Positions 1 to 9,769 of a stretch of 54,341 nt of DNA are shown here, piece by piece. A program made the translations under genes and the position numbers. Source of the DNA: Olleya sp. (GTDB lineage Bacteria; Bacteroidota; Bacteroidia; Flavobacteriales; Flavobacteriaceae); the NCBI GenBank assembly GCA_023300575.1, contig JALZUT010000081.1:1-54341 (forward strand). The letters are read 5' to 3'. The notes below the pieces were generated by a model. That model was given only the letters and a program-made list of their open reading frames with translations, ran no database searches and was not told where the DNA came from. Positions within the stretch are counted from its first letter, which is position 1, and each line of letters begins with the position of its first letter.

Positions 1-27
1 GGAAAGCCCGACCCAAAGGGGAACGTC
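1..27 (+). ncRNA. 3' end of a Flavo-1-like RNA/repeat, truncated by the window edge
   Basis: GGAAAGCCCGACCCAAAGGGGAACGTC parallels the 3' end of the element at 5733-5807 (GAGAGCCTGACCCTTTTGGTAACGC); family name from memory of the motif. Confidence 0.45.
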
Positions 28-69
28 TTAAAAAAAGAAAATATATATACATATTATAATGAAGTACTA

Positions 70-100
70 TTGGTTGTGTATGATTAACTATTTATATTTG
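70..100 (+). promoter_or_regulatory. Bacteroidota housekeeping promoter for thrS
   Basis: TTG (70-72), 20 nt spacer, TATATTTG (93-100) matching TAnnTTTG. Confidence 0.65.
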
Positions 101-114
101 TTGCTTAATTTATA

Positions 115-2055
115 ATGAGCATGATAAATATTACTTTACCTGATGGAAGTGTAAAGTCTTTTGATAAAGGCACAACTGCTATGGGTGTAGCAAAGAGTAT
201 AAGTGAGGGATTTGCTAGGAATGTTATTTCGGCTAGTTTTAATGGTACGACCATAGAAACTAGTACTGAATTAAGCACAGACGGTTCTTTGGTGCTATAT
301 ACTTGGAGGAATGATGAAGGGAAAAAGGCGTTTTGGCACAGTTCTGCACACGTTTTAGCTCAAACTTTAGAGACATTATATCCTGGTTGTAAACTTACTA
401 TTGGTCCTGCTATTGATAATGGGTTTTATTATGATGTAGATTTTGGTGAGCATGTTGTTAGTGATAAGGATTTTAAGACTATTGAAAATAAGATGGTGGA
501 GATTGCTAGAGAGAAACATGATTTTTCTTTAAGAGCGGTTTCTAAAGCTGATGCTTTGTCTTTATATAAGGACAATGAGTATAAAACTGAGTTGATTGAA
601 AACTTAGAGGATGGATCTATTACTTTTTGTGATCATTCTATTTTTACGGATTTATGTCGTGGTGGTCACATACCGAATACAGGAATCATTAAAGCTGTTA
701 AAATCTTATCTGTTGCTGGTGCTTATTGGAGAGGTGATGAAAACAAGCCACAATTGACTAGGGTTTACGGAATTTCTTTTCCGAAACAAAAGGAATTAAC
801 CGAATATTTAGAATTATTAGAGGAGGCTAAACGACGTGATCATAGAAAACTTGGAAAGGAATTAGAGCTTTTTACGTTTTCGCAAAAGGTTGGTTCTGGA
901 TTACCTTTATGGTTACCAAAAGGGGCTGCTTTACGTGAGCGTCTAGAAAATTTTTTAAAAGCTGCACAAAAGAAAGCAGGTTATGAGATGGTTATAACTC
1001 CGCATATTGGTCAAAAAGAGCTTTATGTAACTTCTGGGCATTATGAGAAATATGGTGAAGATAGCTTTCAGTCTATTAAGACACCGAAAGGTGGTGAAGA
1101 GTTTTTACTTAAACCTATGAACTGTCCTCATCACTGTGAGATATATAATAATAAACAATGGTCTTATAAAGACTTGCCTAAACGTTATGCCGAATTTGGT
1201 ACAGTTTACAGATACGAACAAAGTGGTGAGCTACATGGTTTAACAAGAGTGAGAGGTTTTACTCAAGATGATGCACACTTGTTTTGTACACCAGACCAGT
1301 TAGATAAAGAGTTTAAGGATGTTATTGATCTTGTACTTTATGTATTTGGTTCTTTAGGATTTGAAAACTTTACTGCTCAAGTCTCTTTGCGTGATCCAGA
1401 AAAGCCAGAAAAGTATATTGGAAGTCTTGAAAACTGGGAAAAAGCTGAGCAAGCGATAATAAATGCTGCGAAAGATAAAAATCTTGATTTTGTAATAGAA
1501 ACTGGTGAGGCTGCCTTTTATGGTCCTAAACTAGATTTTATGGTAAAAGATGCATTGGGTAGACAGTGGCAATTAGGAACTATACAAGTAGATTACAACT
1601 TACCAGAACGTTTTGATTTGACCTATAAAGGTAGTGATAACGAACTACACAGACCTGTAATGATACATCGTGCTCCTTTTGGAAGTATGGAACGTTTTAT
1701 TGCTATTTTATTAGAGCATACTGGTGGAAATTTTCCGCTTTGGTTAATGCCAAATCAAGTTTCTATATTAACTCTTAGTGAGAAATACGAGAAATACGCC
1801 GAAAAAGTTTTAACTTTGCTAGAAAATCACGAAATTCGCGCCCTTGTAGATAACCGTAGTGAAACTATGGGTAAGAAAATTAGGGAAGCAGAAATGAGTA
1901 AAACTCCCTATATGATTATCATAGGAGAGCAAGAACAAAACGAAGAAAAGATATCTGTTAGAAAACATGGAGGTGAAGATTTAGGCATGATAAGTGTAGA
2001 TATCTTTGCTGAATTGATTAAAACAGAAGTCGCGAAGACTATAAAACAATTTTAA
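115..2055 (+). CDS. thrS: Threonine--tRNA ligase
   Basis: TGS N-terminus [44 protein letters not shown]; start may be 121. Confidence 0.98.
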   Translation: MSMINITLPDGSVKSFDKGTTAMGVAKSISEGFARNVISASFNGTTIETSTELSTDGSLVLYTWRNDEGKKAFWHSSAHVLAQTLETLYPGCKLTIGPAIDNGFYYDVDFGEHVVSDKDFKTIENKMVEIAREKHDFSLRAVSKADALSLYKDNEYKTELIENLEDGSITFCDHSIFTDLCRGGHIPNTGIIKAVKILSVAGAYWRGDENKPQLTRVYGISFPKQKELTEYLELLEEAKRRDHRKLGKELELFTFSQKVGSGLPLWLPKGAALRERLENFLKAAQKKAGYEMVITPHIGQKELYVTSGHYEKYGEDSFQSIKTPKGGEEFLLKPMNCPHHCEIYNNKQWSYKDLPKRYAEFGTVYRYEQSGELHGLTRVRGFTQDDAHLFCTPDQLDKEFKDVIDLVLYVFGSLGFENFTAQVSLRDPEKPEKYIGSLENWEKAEQAIINAAKDKNLDFVIETGEAAFYGPKLDFMVKDALGRQWQLGTIQVDYNLPERFDLTYKGSDNELHRPVMIHRAPFGSMERFIAILLEHTGGNFPLWLMPNQVSILTLSEKYEKYAEKVLTLLENHEIRALVDNRSETMGKKIREAEMSKTPYMIIIGEQEQNEEKISVRKHGGEDLGMISVDIFAELIKTEVAKTIKQF

Positions 2056-2085
2056 ATTTAATGTTTAACTAAAATATATAACGCC

Positions 2086-2637
2086 ATAGCAATACGTAGA
2101 AAAAGATCCAGAGGTCCGGCAAGAATCATAAAAGAAGACCAGCACAATATTAACGGAAGAATTAGAGCAGAAAAAGTGCGTCTAGTTGGAGATAATATTG
2201 AAGTAGGAGTTTACACCACCAAAGAAGCTCGAGCATTTGCTGAAGAGCAAGAACTTGATTTGGTAGAAATCTCTCCTAAGGCTGTTCCACCAGTATGTAA
2301 AATAATGGATTACAAGAAGTTTCTTTATGAACAAAAGAAACGGGAAAAATCGTTAAAATCTAAGGCTACAAAAGTTATCATTAAAGAGATAAGATTTGGT
2401 CCTCAAACAGACGATCACGATTATCAATTTAAAAAGAAACACGCAGAAAAATTTTTAAAAGAAGGTGCTAAATTAAAAGCATTTGTATTCTTTAAAGGAC
2501 GTTCTATTGTGTTTAAAGAGCAAGGACAAATATTATTATTACGTTTAGCTCAAGATTTGGAAGAGTTAGGAAAAGTAGAACAGATGCCAAGACTTGAAGG
2601 AAAACGTATGACTATGTTTATTGCTCCTAAAAAATAA
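2086..2637 (+). CDS. infC: Translation initiation factor IF-3, probable non-canonical ATA start
   Basis: [19 protein letters not shown]; frame is open upstream of GTG 2176 to ATA 2086 and encodes the conserved IN-x-x-IRA segment; in-frame stop at 2059-2061. Confidence 0.95.
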   Translation: MAIRRKRSRGPARIIKEDQHNINGRIRAEKVRLVGDNIEVGVYTTKEARAFAEEQELDLVEISPKAVPPVCKIMDYKKFLYEQKKREKSLKSKATKVIIKEIRFGPQTDDHDYQFKKKHAEKFLKEGAKLKAFVFFKGRSIVFKEQGQILLLRLAQDLEELGKVEQMPRLEGKRMTMFIAPKK

Positions 2638-2701
2638 ATATTCATCCTTTTATTAAGGGACAAAAATATTATAAGCGAAATAATTAAAACTAGGAAACAA
2701 A

Positions 2702-2899
2702 ATGCCTAAAATGAAAACAAAATCTAGTGCTAAAAAGCGTTTCAAGCTTACTGGTACTGGTAAAATAAAAAGAAAGCACGCTTTTAAGAGTCATATCTTA
2801 ACAAAGAAGTCTAAAAAACGTAAGCTTAAATTAACTCATGATGGTTTAGTACATAAAGCGGATGAGAACAATATTAAAGTAATGTTACGTTTAAAGTAA
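2702..2899 (+). CDS. rpmI: 50S ribosomal protein L35
   Basis: [21 protein letters not shown]; operon position. Confidence 0.98.
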   Translation: MPKMKTKSSAKKRFKLTGTGKIKRKHAFKSHILTKKSKKRKLKLTHDGLVHKADENNIKVMLRLK

Positions 2900-3002
2900 C
2901 ATTTCTTTAATCGGTTAAAATTATTTATAAACCCTGGAGTTAGGCTCATAAAAGTTTTTGGAATACATCTGGAACGCCTACTACAAAAAAACAATTAAAA
3001 TT

Positions 3003-3347
3003 ATGCCTAGATCAGTAAATTCTGTTGCCAAAAGAGCCAGAAGAAAAAAGGTGCTTAAACAAGCAAAAGGTTACTTTGGACGTCGTAAAAACGTTTGGAC
3101 AGTAGCAAAAAATGCGGTTGACAAAGCTATGCAATATGCATACAGAGACCGTAGAAATAAAAAGAGAACTTTTCGTGCATTATGGATCACGCGTATTAAC
3201 GCAGGAGCTAGATTACACGGGATGTCTTACTCGCAATTTATGGGAAAAGTAAAAGCTAACAATATCGAATTAAACCGTAAGGTTTTAGCAGATTTAGCTA
3301 TGAACCACCCAGATGCTTTTGAAGCAATTGTGAATAAAGTAAAATAA
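3003..3347 (+). CDS. rplT: 50S ribosomal protein L20
   Basis: MPRSVN start at ATG 3003, [19 protein letters not shown]. Confidence 0.98.
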   Translation: MPRSVNSVAKRARRKKVLKQAKGYFGRRKNVWTVAKNAVDKAMQYAYRDRRNKKRTFRALWITRINAGARLHGMSYSQFMGKVKANNIELNRKVLADLAMNHPDAFEAIVNKVK

Positions 3348-3389
3348 GGGCATTTTGCCATTTGTATAACAATACTTCGCTTATAAAAT

Positions 3390-3424
3390 AAAAAATCCGA
3401 TTCTTAATTGAATCGGATTTTTTT
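3390..3424 (+). terminator. Rho-independent terminator of the thrS-rplT operon
   Basis: AAAAAATCCGATTC-TTAATT-GAATCGGATTTTTTT. Confidence 0.9.
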
Positions 3425-3510
3425 GTTTTAAACAGTTTAAAGATAACTTAACTTAATCTTACCAATTACTCTATAAGTAATGTAGTACTTTTAAATTCTA
3501 AATATTATAT

Positions 3511-4320
3511 ATGTCATTAGCAAATGTTAAGTTAGTTGTAACCGATATGGATGGCACACTTTTAAATTCTAATCATGAGGTTAGTGCTTTGTTTTTTAAT
3601 TTATTTGCTGAACTAAAAAAACATAATATTCTATTTGTAGCTGCAAGCGGAAGACCGCTTTACAACATAGAAGAAAAGCTTAGGTCTATTAAAACAGATA
3701 TTATCATCGCTTCTGAGAATGGAGCTTATATGGTTGATAACGATAAAGTACTGCTCTCTACTCCTATCTCTGATAAAAACCTGACGCAATTAACCCTTTT
3801 AACTAATTCTTTAGAAAACACCCACGCTGTTTTTTGTGCAGAAGGTAAAGCTTATATTACAAAAAAATCTGAAGCTTTATTACCGGTGATTTCTCAATAC
3901 TACAATAATTATGAAATTGTTGATGATGCTTCAAGTATAAAAGAAAACTTATTTAAGATTGCATTATATCATGAAAAGAATTCTGGTAAATATGTTTATC
4001 CACTAGTTAAACATTTGGAAAGCGATTTTAAGGTTAAAACCTCTGCTACGCATTGGGTAGATATTTCTGAAAATTTAGCTAACAAAGGGCAAGCTGTTTC
4101 ACTTTTACAAAAAATGTACAATATTAAACCAGAGGAAACATTAGTTTTTGGCGACTATCATAATGATATAGAAATGCTAAGATGTGCACACTTTAGTTAC
4201 GCTATGGATAATGCTCATGACGATGTAAAGGCTATAGCAAATTATGTAACGAAAAGTAATGATGAAAATGGTGTATGTTATATTTTAGAGCAACTAATAG
4301 CTAGCAAAACTAATAATTAA
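3511..4320 (+). CDS. Cof-type HAD-IIB hydrolase
   Basis: DMDGTLL, ASGR, NKG, FGDYHND motifs. Confidence 0.92.
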   Translation: MSLANVKLVVTDMDGTLLNSNHEVSALFFNLFAELKKHNILFVAASGRPLYNIEEKLRSIKTDIIIASENGAYMVDNDKVLLSTPISDKNLTQLTLLTNSLENTHAVFCAEGKAYITKKSEALLPVISQYYNNYEIVDDASSIKENLFKIALYHEKNSGKYVYPLVKHLESDFKVKTSATHWVDISENLANKGQAVSLLQKMYNIKPEETLVFGDYHNDIEMLRCAHFSYAMDNAHDDVKAIANYVTKSNDENGVCYILEQLIASKTNN

Positions 4321-4325
4321 CACAC

Positions 4326-5393
4326 TCATTTTTTATTAATAGAAAACAATTTAACCTCTTGTTCTTTACCTTTTAAAGAGATGTTTCCTATAGATTCTAA
4401 TTTATATTTATGAAGTTTAAGCTTGTCTAATAAACGTTCAGAAATAAGTAGTGACTTGTTATAGGTATTACATTCGCCTTGTATTCTAGCAGATGTGTTA
4501 ATAACGTCTCCATGATAAGCTATTTCTTTTTTTACTGTACCAACTTCTGTAACTATTAATTTTCCGCCATGTAAACCAGCTTTAAATTTAGGTTGTACAC
4601 CAAAATGCTTTTGATAATATTTTGTTTTTTTTTCTAATCTATTCTGAAATTTATAGAACAACTCTACACAATTATTACGTTCTATACCTTTGTCAAACTT
4701 CCAACTTATTACTGCTTCATCACCAACGTATTGGTAAATCTCTGCTTTATAGTCACCAATAACTCTGTTTAAATCATAAAAGCATTCTTGAATTAACTCG
4801 CTGTATTTATAATGACCAAGTTGCTCTGCTATTGTTGTAGAACCTTGTAAATCTAAAAACATAAAGATGCGTCTTTCTTCTCTAGGTTTTTTATACTTTC
4901 CTATTAATTGATTAAACAATACTCCTTTTCCAAATCTTTCATTAGCAATTTTAATAAACGAGAATATAATTGAGCATATTAAAAAATAACCAATCGTTAG
5001 CCAAAAAACTTTATCTTCCATCCACCAACCTTTACTGTTATCTAGACTAAGTTCTAACGATGAAACTTCTACTTTTTTATACACATAGGTTAAAGAAAGA
5101 ACCATCCCAATTAAATAAATAATGGTTTTTTGTAAAAGTACTAATGCTAATGAAAGGTTTTTAGACAGAAGCTTATCAAACAAAAATTCGATAACTGCAT
5201 ATAATGTACCTATTAAAACACCTAACAAAATGCCAAAAGGTAGGATTTGTGTAATAGAATAGTCTGTTACTTCTATACCTTCTTCTGAACCTATTGCAAA
5301 ATATCTAATCAAAATAAACAAGCAAAAGGCAAAAGACCAAAATAGGATTGCTGCTACTAGTAATCTTAAAAATGAAAGGATTATGTTTTTCAA
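4326..5393 (-). CDS. Membrane-anchored class III (adenylate/guanylate-type) nucleotide cyclase
   Basis: About four N-terminal hydrophobic segments; FLDLQGST, YQYVGDE, GLHGG, GDVINTSAR; TTG start. Confidence 0.9.
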   Translation of the reverse strand: MKNIILSFLRLLVAAILFWSFAFCLFILIRYFAIGSEEGIEVTDYSITQILPFGILLGVLIGTLYAVIEFLFDKLLSKNLSLALVLLQKTIIYLIGMVLSLTYVYKKVEVSSLELSLDNSKGWWMEDKVFWLTIGYFLICSIIFSFIKIANERFGKGVLFNQLIGKYKKPREERRIFMFLDLQGSTTIAEQLGHYKYSELIQECFYDLNRVIGDYKAEIYQYVGDEAVISWKFDKGIERNNCVELFYKFQNRLEKKTKYYQKHFGVQPKFKAGLHGGKLIVTEVGTVKKEIAYHGDVINTSARIQGECNTYNKSLLISERLLDKLKLHKYKLESIGNISLKGKEQEVKLFSINKK

Positions 5394-5403
5394 AAGTTAT
5401 TTT

Positions 5404-5673
5404 TTAATAAGCAATTTCTTCTATTGCTGCTTTAAATTCTTTCCAATTAATAAGCTCATCGTCATCTTTATCGTAACCCTGGATTAATTTTGAAGTAATA
5501 ATACCTCTGATAAAACCACTTATTTCTGCTTTTCTTAACAGATTTTTAATCTCTGATACTGATAATTTTCCATCTCCATCCTTATCGAAAAAATCAAAAG
5601 CGTCTTCTGGTGTATTAAAATTTTTGGTAACTAAAATTTCTATTTTTTTTAGAATATCGTCTTTTGCTGACAT
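5404..5673 (-). CDS. Two-EF-hand calcium-binding protein
   Basis: Loops DKDGDGKLSVSE and DKDDDELINWKE with flanking helices. Confidence 0.9.
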   Translation of the reverse strand: MSAKDDILKKIEILVTKNFNTPEDAFDFFDKDGDGKLSVSEIKNLLRKAEISGFIRGIITSKLIQGYDKDDDELINWKEFKAAIEEIAY

Positions 5674-5732
5674 AGTAATTAAGATTGAAGTATGATTAAA
5701 CTATTAAATTAAGCCTTAAAGATTGAGGCACT

Positions 5733-5807
5733 GCGTTAAGGATGGAAAGGTTTTTTTGAGCACCTCTCAGAGTGCGAGCCTTGAGAGCCTGACCCTTTTG
5801 GTAACGC
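5733..5807 (+). ncRNA. Flavo-1-like structured RNA / intergenic repeat
   Basis: Closing stem GCGTTA (5733-5738)/TAACGC (5802-5807), inner AAGGTT/AGCCTT and GCAC/GTGC stems, ACC-CTTTT-GGT hairpin; GC-rich in AT-rich context; second partial copy at 1-27. Confidence 0.6.
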
Positions 5808-5840
5808 CCAATTAGACAAACTCATAGTTGGCATAATATT

Positions 5841-7100
5841 TTAAGTTTTTTGCTTTTTCTTTTTAGCTGCAGGGAACAATACATTATTTAATATTAATCT
5901 ATAGCCTGGTGATGTTGGATGCAACTCTAACTCGGTTTTTGGGTCACCAACCTTGTGTGTGTAGTCCTCTGGATCATGTCCACCATAGAAGGTAAAAAAG
6001 CCTTTTCCTTTAATACCATGTATGTATTTTGCTTCTCCGTTTGTCTTATTTTCGCCCATTACCAATACATTTGACTTGATTTGATCACGTGTAAAGGATG
6101 TTGTTTGACCCATAAATGCTTTTACTAAAGCGGTATGATTTTGACACAGCATTGTTGGAATTGGGTCCCATTTTGCTGAGAAATCCATAAGCGAAAAATA
6201 ATCTGTCTCTTTAGGAATCCTACGTTTGCTTGTCATGTCTATACTAGAAAACTCGTAAATCATTGGGCTACGCTCTAAAGTATACTCTTTAAACGCAAAT
6301 GTTTTTGAAAAATCTATTTTGGCTTGATAGTTACCGTCGCTTCCATCTCCATCAAACATGGGTTCGCAAATGTCAACTCCATCTGCAGAAAGTGCTATAT
6401 CAAAACTATCGGTTGCGCTACACATAGCAAACATAAATCCGCCTCCTACAACATAATCTCTAATCTTTAATGATACGTCTCTTTTAGCTTCTGACACTTT
6501 ACTGTATCCTAATTTAGTTGCTAATATTTCTGCATCTTTTTTTTCTTGAATGTACCAAGCAGCTGTACGATAACGTGCATAAAACTTACCAAATTGACCT
6601 GTAAAGTCTTCATGATGAAGATGTAACCAATCGTATAATAATAATTCGTCCTTTAAAACCTCTTCATCATATACGGTTTCATAAGGTATTTCTGCATAGG
6701 ATAAAACCATTGTTACTGCATCGTCCCATGGTAATTTTCCTTTTGGAGTATATACTGCAATTTTTGGTGCTTTTTCAAGCACTATAGCTTCCATGTTTTT
6801 ACTTGGACTACTAATTTGTTCTAAAATTTGTTCGGTTTTTGCGTCAGATATCACTTCAAAACTAACACCTCTAATTTGGCATTCGCGTTGTATGTCTTTA
6901 GAATCTGGTAATAGAAAAGAACCACCTCTGTAATTAAGTAACCATTTTACTTTTAGATCACGTTCTAGTGTCCAATAGGTTATTCCGTATGCTTTTAGGT
7001 GGTTTTTTTGCGTATCTGCATCCATTGGTATTAGAATGTAAGATGCATATGTCTGAGTTGCAAACAGTAATAATAAAAATAATATGAGGCCTTTTTTCAT
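5841..7100 (-). CDS. Conserved exported Bacteroidota protein (often labelled asparagine synthetase B), probable class I glutamine-amidotransferase-like fold
   Basis: Signal peptide; LHLHHEDFTGQ, FAMCSA, GGHDPED; no AsnB N-terminal Cys or synthetase motifs. Confidence 0.7.
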   Translation of the reverse strand: MKKGLILFLLLLFATQTYASYILIPMDADTQKNHLKAYGITYWTLERDLKVKWLLNYRGGSFLLPDSKDIQRECQIRGVSFEVISDAKTEQILEQISSPSKNMEAIVLEKAPKIAVYTPKGKLPWDDAVTMVLSYAEIPYETVYDEEVLKDELLLYDWLHLHHEDFTGQFGKFYARYRTAAWYIQEKKDAEILATKLGYSKVSEAKRDVSLKIRDYVVGGGFMFAMCSATDSFDIALSADGVDICEPMFDGDGSDGNYQAKIDFSKTFAFKEYTLERSPMIYEFSSIDMTSKRRIPKETDYFSLMDFSAKWDPIPTMLCQNHTALVKAFMGQTTSFTRDQIKSNVLVMGENKTNGEAKYIHGIKGKGFFTFYGGHDPEDYTHKVGDPKTELELHPTSPGYRLILNNVLFPAAKKKKQKT

Positions 7101-7170
7101 TTAAAAAATCAAGTTTATAAGTATGAAAGATACTTAAAAAAGTAACTTTTAAAAAGTGATTAGGATTAAA

Positions 7171-8205
7171 TTAACTATGTGATCCTGAGAGTAAATCAGA
7201 AATGGCTTTGGTTTTAGGAAACTGTTCCATTATTATTTTTGTAAAAACGGTAATTGGAATAGCCATTATAAGACCTGGAATACCCCAAATAAATCCCCAA
7301 AACATCAACATTACTAATACTGCTATCACGTTTATAGAAAACGATTTACCCATAAATATTGGCTCTAAAACACTACCATATAATACTTGTGTACCTGCTA
7401 TTGAGATAATAAAAAACAGTAATTTACTTGAGGTTTCTAATTCTACAAAAGCAAAAAGAGAAAGTAGTATTACTGTTATAAAAGAGCCTACCATTTGTAC
7501 AAAATTAATTAAAAAAGCAAACAGTCCCCAAAAAATCGGAAAGCTAACATCAAAGAAATAACAAGCAAAACCAGTAAATACACCTGTTAGAAAACTAACT
7601 AGAAATTTCACTTTTATAAACTTTATTAAATCATTTTCAATTTTCATGAAGGTTTTAATAGAGGTATGCTTTTTCTTTAAGAGTGTCTTATTAATTAGTT
7701 TTTCTACATTTATAGACTCTGCCAACCACAAAACTACAAAGAAGGTAGTCATTAACAATGCAGTTAAAAATTGGCCTACAAAACTTAACGTTGGTGACAA
7801 ATTACTTAGTAATTTATCTTTATTTAAAAAACGAGATAATGATGTGCTTGCCTCTATTTTCTCTGCACCAAAAAGACCTTCAATATTATTTACTAAAGTA
7901 TTTATTTTACCCTCTGCTTTATGAAAAAATTGATTGTCTGACGCTAAGATCTCTTTACTTGTAAGTTTAACTAACTCGCTACCTAACTTAATACCTAATG
8001 CTATAATTAAAAGCACAACAATGATGCTTACTATTTTAGGCAAGCCTTTTTTTCTTAAAAAACGCATTAGTGGTAAAAACAACAATGCAATAAACATTGA
8101 AAACACTAGTGGTACAAAAATAAAAGACAGCACTTTAAGTAAGTAAAAAATTATTGGTATTACAATTACTAAAAGTAAATAGTTGGTGGTTCTTATTTTA
8201 TCCAT
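7171..8205 (-). CDS. AI-2E (PerM/UPF0118) family transporter
   Basis: Multi-TM; LEPIFMG and FWGFIWGIPGLIMAIP motifs. Confidence 0.88.
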   Translation of the reverse strand: MDKIRTTNYLLLVIVIPIIFYLLKVLSFIFVPLVFSMFIALLFLPLMRFLRKKGLPKIVSIIVVLLIIALGIKLGSELVKLTSKEILASDNQFFHKAEGKINTLVNNIEGLFGAEKIEASTSLSRFLNKDKLLSNLSPTLSFVGQFLTALLMTTFFVVLWLAESINVEKLINKTLLKKKHTSIKTFMKIENDLIKFIKVKFLVSFLTGVFTGFACYFFDVSFPIFWGLFAFLINFVQMVGSFITVILLSLFAFVELETSSKLLFFIISIAGTQVLYGSVLEPIFMGKSFSINVIAVLVMLMFWGFIWGIPGLIMAIPITVFTKIIMEQFPKTKAISDLLSGSHS

Positions 8206-8233
8206 TAAAAGCAGGTTATTATATTATAAATTT

Positions 8234-9769
8234 TTAAAAAGGTACATCATTATCATCAGGCTCTGGAGCACCGAAAGCATCATTTGCAGATGGAAAATTA
8301 TCTGGTGCAAAGGTATTATCGTTAGCTGCAGCATTCATTTTACTATGAAATTCTTGACCGAAAGGTGTATCAAAATCGTCTAAATTATCAAACTTACCTA
8401 AGTGTCCGATAAACTTCAATCTAATACTTTCTAAACCTCCATTACGGTGTTTTGCAACAATAAATTCTCCTTGACCTTCGGTTGGTGAGCGTTCTTCATC
8501 ATCCCACTCGTCAATTTTATAATATTCTGGTCTGTAAATAAAGCTTACAATATCTGCATCTTGCTCAATCGCTCCAGATTCTCGTAAATCTGATAATAAA
8601 GGACGTTTACTTCCTCCACGTGTTTCTACAGCACGTGATAATTGCGATAAGGCAATTACAGGAACCGCTAATTCTTTAGCTAGTGCTTTTAAGTTACGAG
8701 AAATGGTTGAGATTTCTTGTTCACGATTACCACCATTACCAGCAGCTGTCATTAGCTGTAGATAATCAATCATAATCATTTTTATACCATGTTGCGAGGC
8801 TAAACGACGGGCTTTTGCACGTAAATCAAAAATAGAAAGTGATGGTGTATCATCAATAAACAAAGGTGCTTTTTCTAATGCTTTTACTTTAACGTTAAGC
8901 TGTTCCCACTCATGTTTTTCTAATTTACCAGTTCTTAATTTTTCTGAAGACAGTCCAGTTTCGCTAGAAATTAAACGTGTAATCAATTGTACAGATGCCA
9001 TCTCTAAAGAGAAAAAGGCTACTGGTATATTATGGTTTACAGCAACATTACGTGCCATCGTTAACGTAAAAGCAGTTTTACCCATACCTGGACGTGCTGC
9101 GATAATAATTAAATCACTATCCTGCCAACCAGATGTTAGCTTATCTAATTTATCAAAACCAGAAGGTACACCACTCATTCCTTCTTTCTTTGAAATTTCT
9201 TCAATTTTTTTCTTTGCTTGGATTACAAGGTCTTGAGCAGTTTCACTAGATTTTTTAATGTTACCTTGAGTAACTTCGTATAATTTAGATTCTGCGCGAT
9301 CTAATAAATCAAAGACATCTTGGGTTTCGTCATAGGAATCTTCAATAATTTCTGAAGAAATTTTTATTAAACTACGTTGAATAAATTTTTGTAAAATAAT
9401 GCGTGCATGAAACTCTATATGCGCAGATGAAGACACTTTTTGAGTCAATGATATTAAGTAAAAATCACCTCCTGCTACATCTAGTTTAGAGATTTTCTTT
9501 AACTGTGTAGAAACTGTTAATAAGTCAATTGGTTGGCTTTCTTGAAACAACATGAATATGGCTTCAAAAATGTGTTGATGTGCTTCTTTATAGAACGCAT
9601 CAGGACTTAAAATATCTATAACTTCATCAACTCCTTTTTTGTCAATCATCATGGCACCAAGTACGACCTCTTCTAGATCTAATGCTTGAGGAGGAATCTT
9701 ACCTTTTTCAAGGTTTATAATAGTACTCTTGTCTACTTGATAGCCCTTTAATTGGTTTGGTTGTTTCAT
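8234..9769 (-). CDS. dnaB: Replicative DNA helicase
   Basis: PPQALDLEE, AARPGMGKT, IDYLQL, LSQLSR, LRESGAIEQDAD; no intein. Confidence 0.98.
   Translation of the reverse strand: MKQPNQLKGYQVDKSTIINLEKGKIPPQALDLEEVVLGAMMIDKKGVDEVIDILSPDAFYKEAHQHIFEAIFMLFQESQPIDLLTVSTQLKKISKLDVAGGDFYLISLTQKVSSSAHIEFHARIILQKFIQRSLIKISSEIIEDSYDETQDVFDLLDRAESKLYEVTQGNIKKSSETAQDLVIQAKKKIEEISKKEGMSGVPSGFDKLDKLTSGWQDSDLIIIAARPGMGKTAFTLTMARNVAVNHNIPVAFFSLEMASVQLITRLISSETGLSSEKLRTGKLEKHEWEQLNVKVKALEKAPLFIDDTPSLSIFDLRAKARRLASQHGIKMIMIDYLQLMTAAGNGGNREQEISTISRNLKALAKELAVPVIALSQLSRAVETRGGSKRPLLSDLRESGAIEQDADIVSFIYRPEYYKIDEWDDEERSPTEGQGEFIVAKHRNGGLESIRLKFIGHLGKFDNLDDFDTPFGQEFHSKMNAAANDNTFAPDNFPSANDAFGAPEPDDNDVPF

Noticed and set aside
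2958-3002. N-terminal extensions in the ORF track for rplT (also tgt, guaB, porin and the 40892 gene)
   Set aside because: Downstream ATGs match family N-termini or signal peptides, and the extensions overlap promoter elements, hairpins or the neighbouring gene.
4326-5673. Pycsar or CBASS defence system
   Set aside because: No adjacent cNMP-binding TIR or TM effector; the cyclase is membrane-anchored and paired only with an EF-hand protein.
7202-8383. Several plus-strand ORFs opposite the AI-2E gene and dnaB (similar ones oppose accA, tgt, aconitase, guaB, pyrD, pepT, yajC, nusB and the leucine dehydrogenase)
   Set aside because: Antisense or alternative-frame shadows of well-supported genes with no recognisable motifs.
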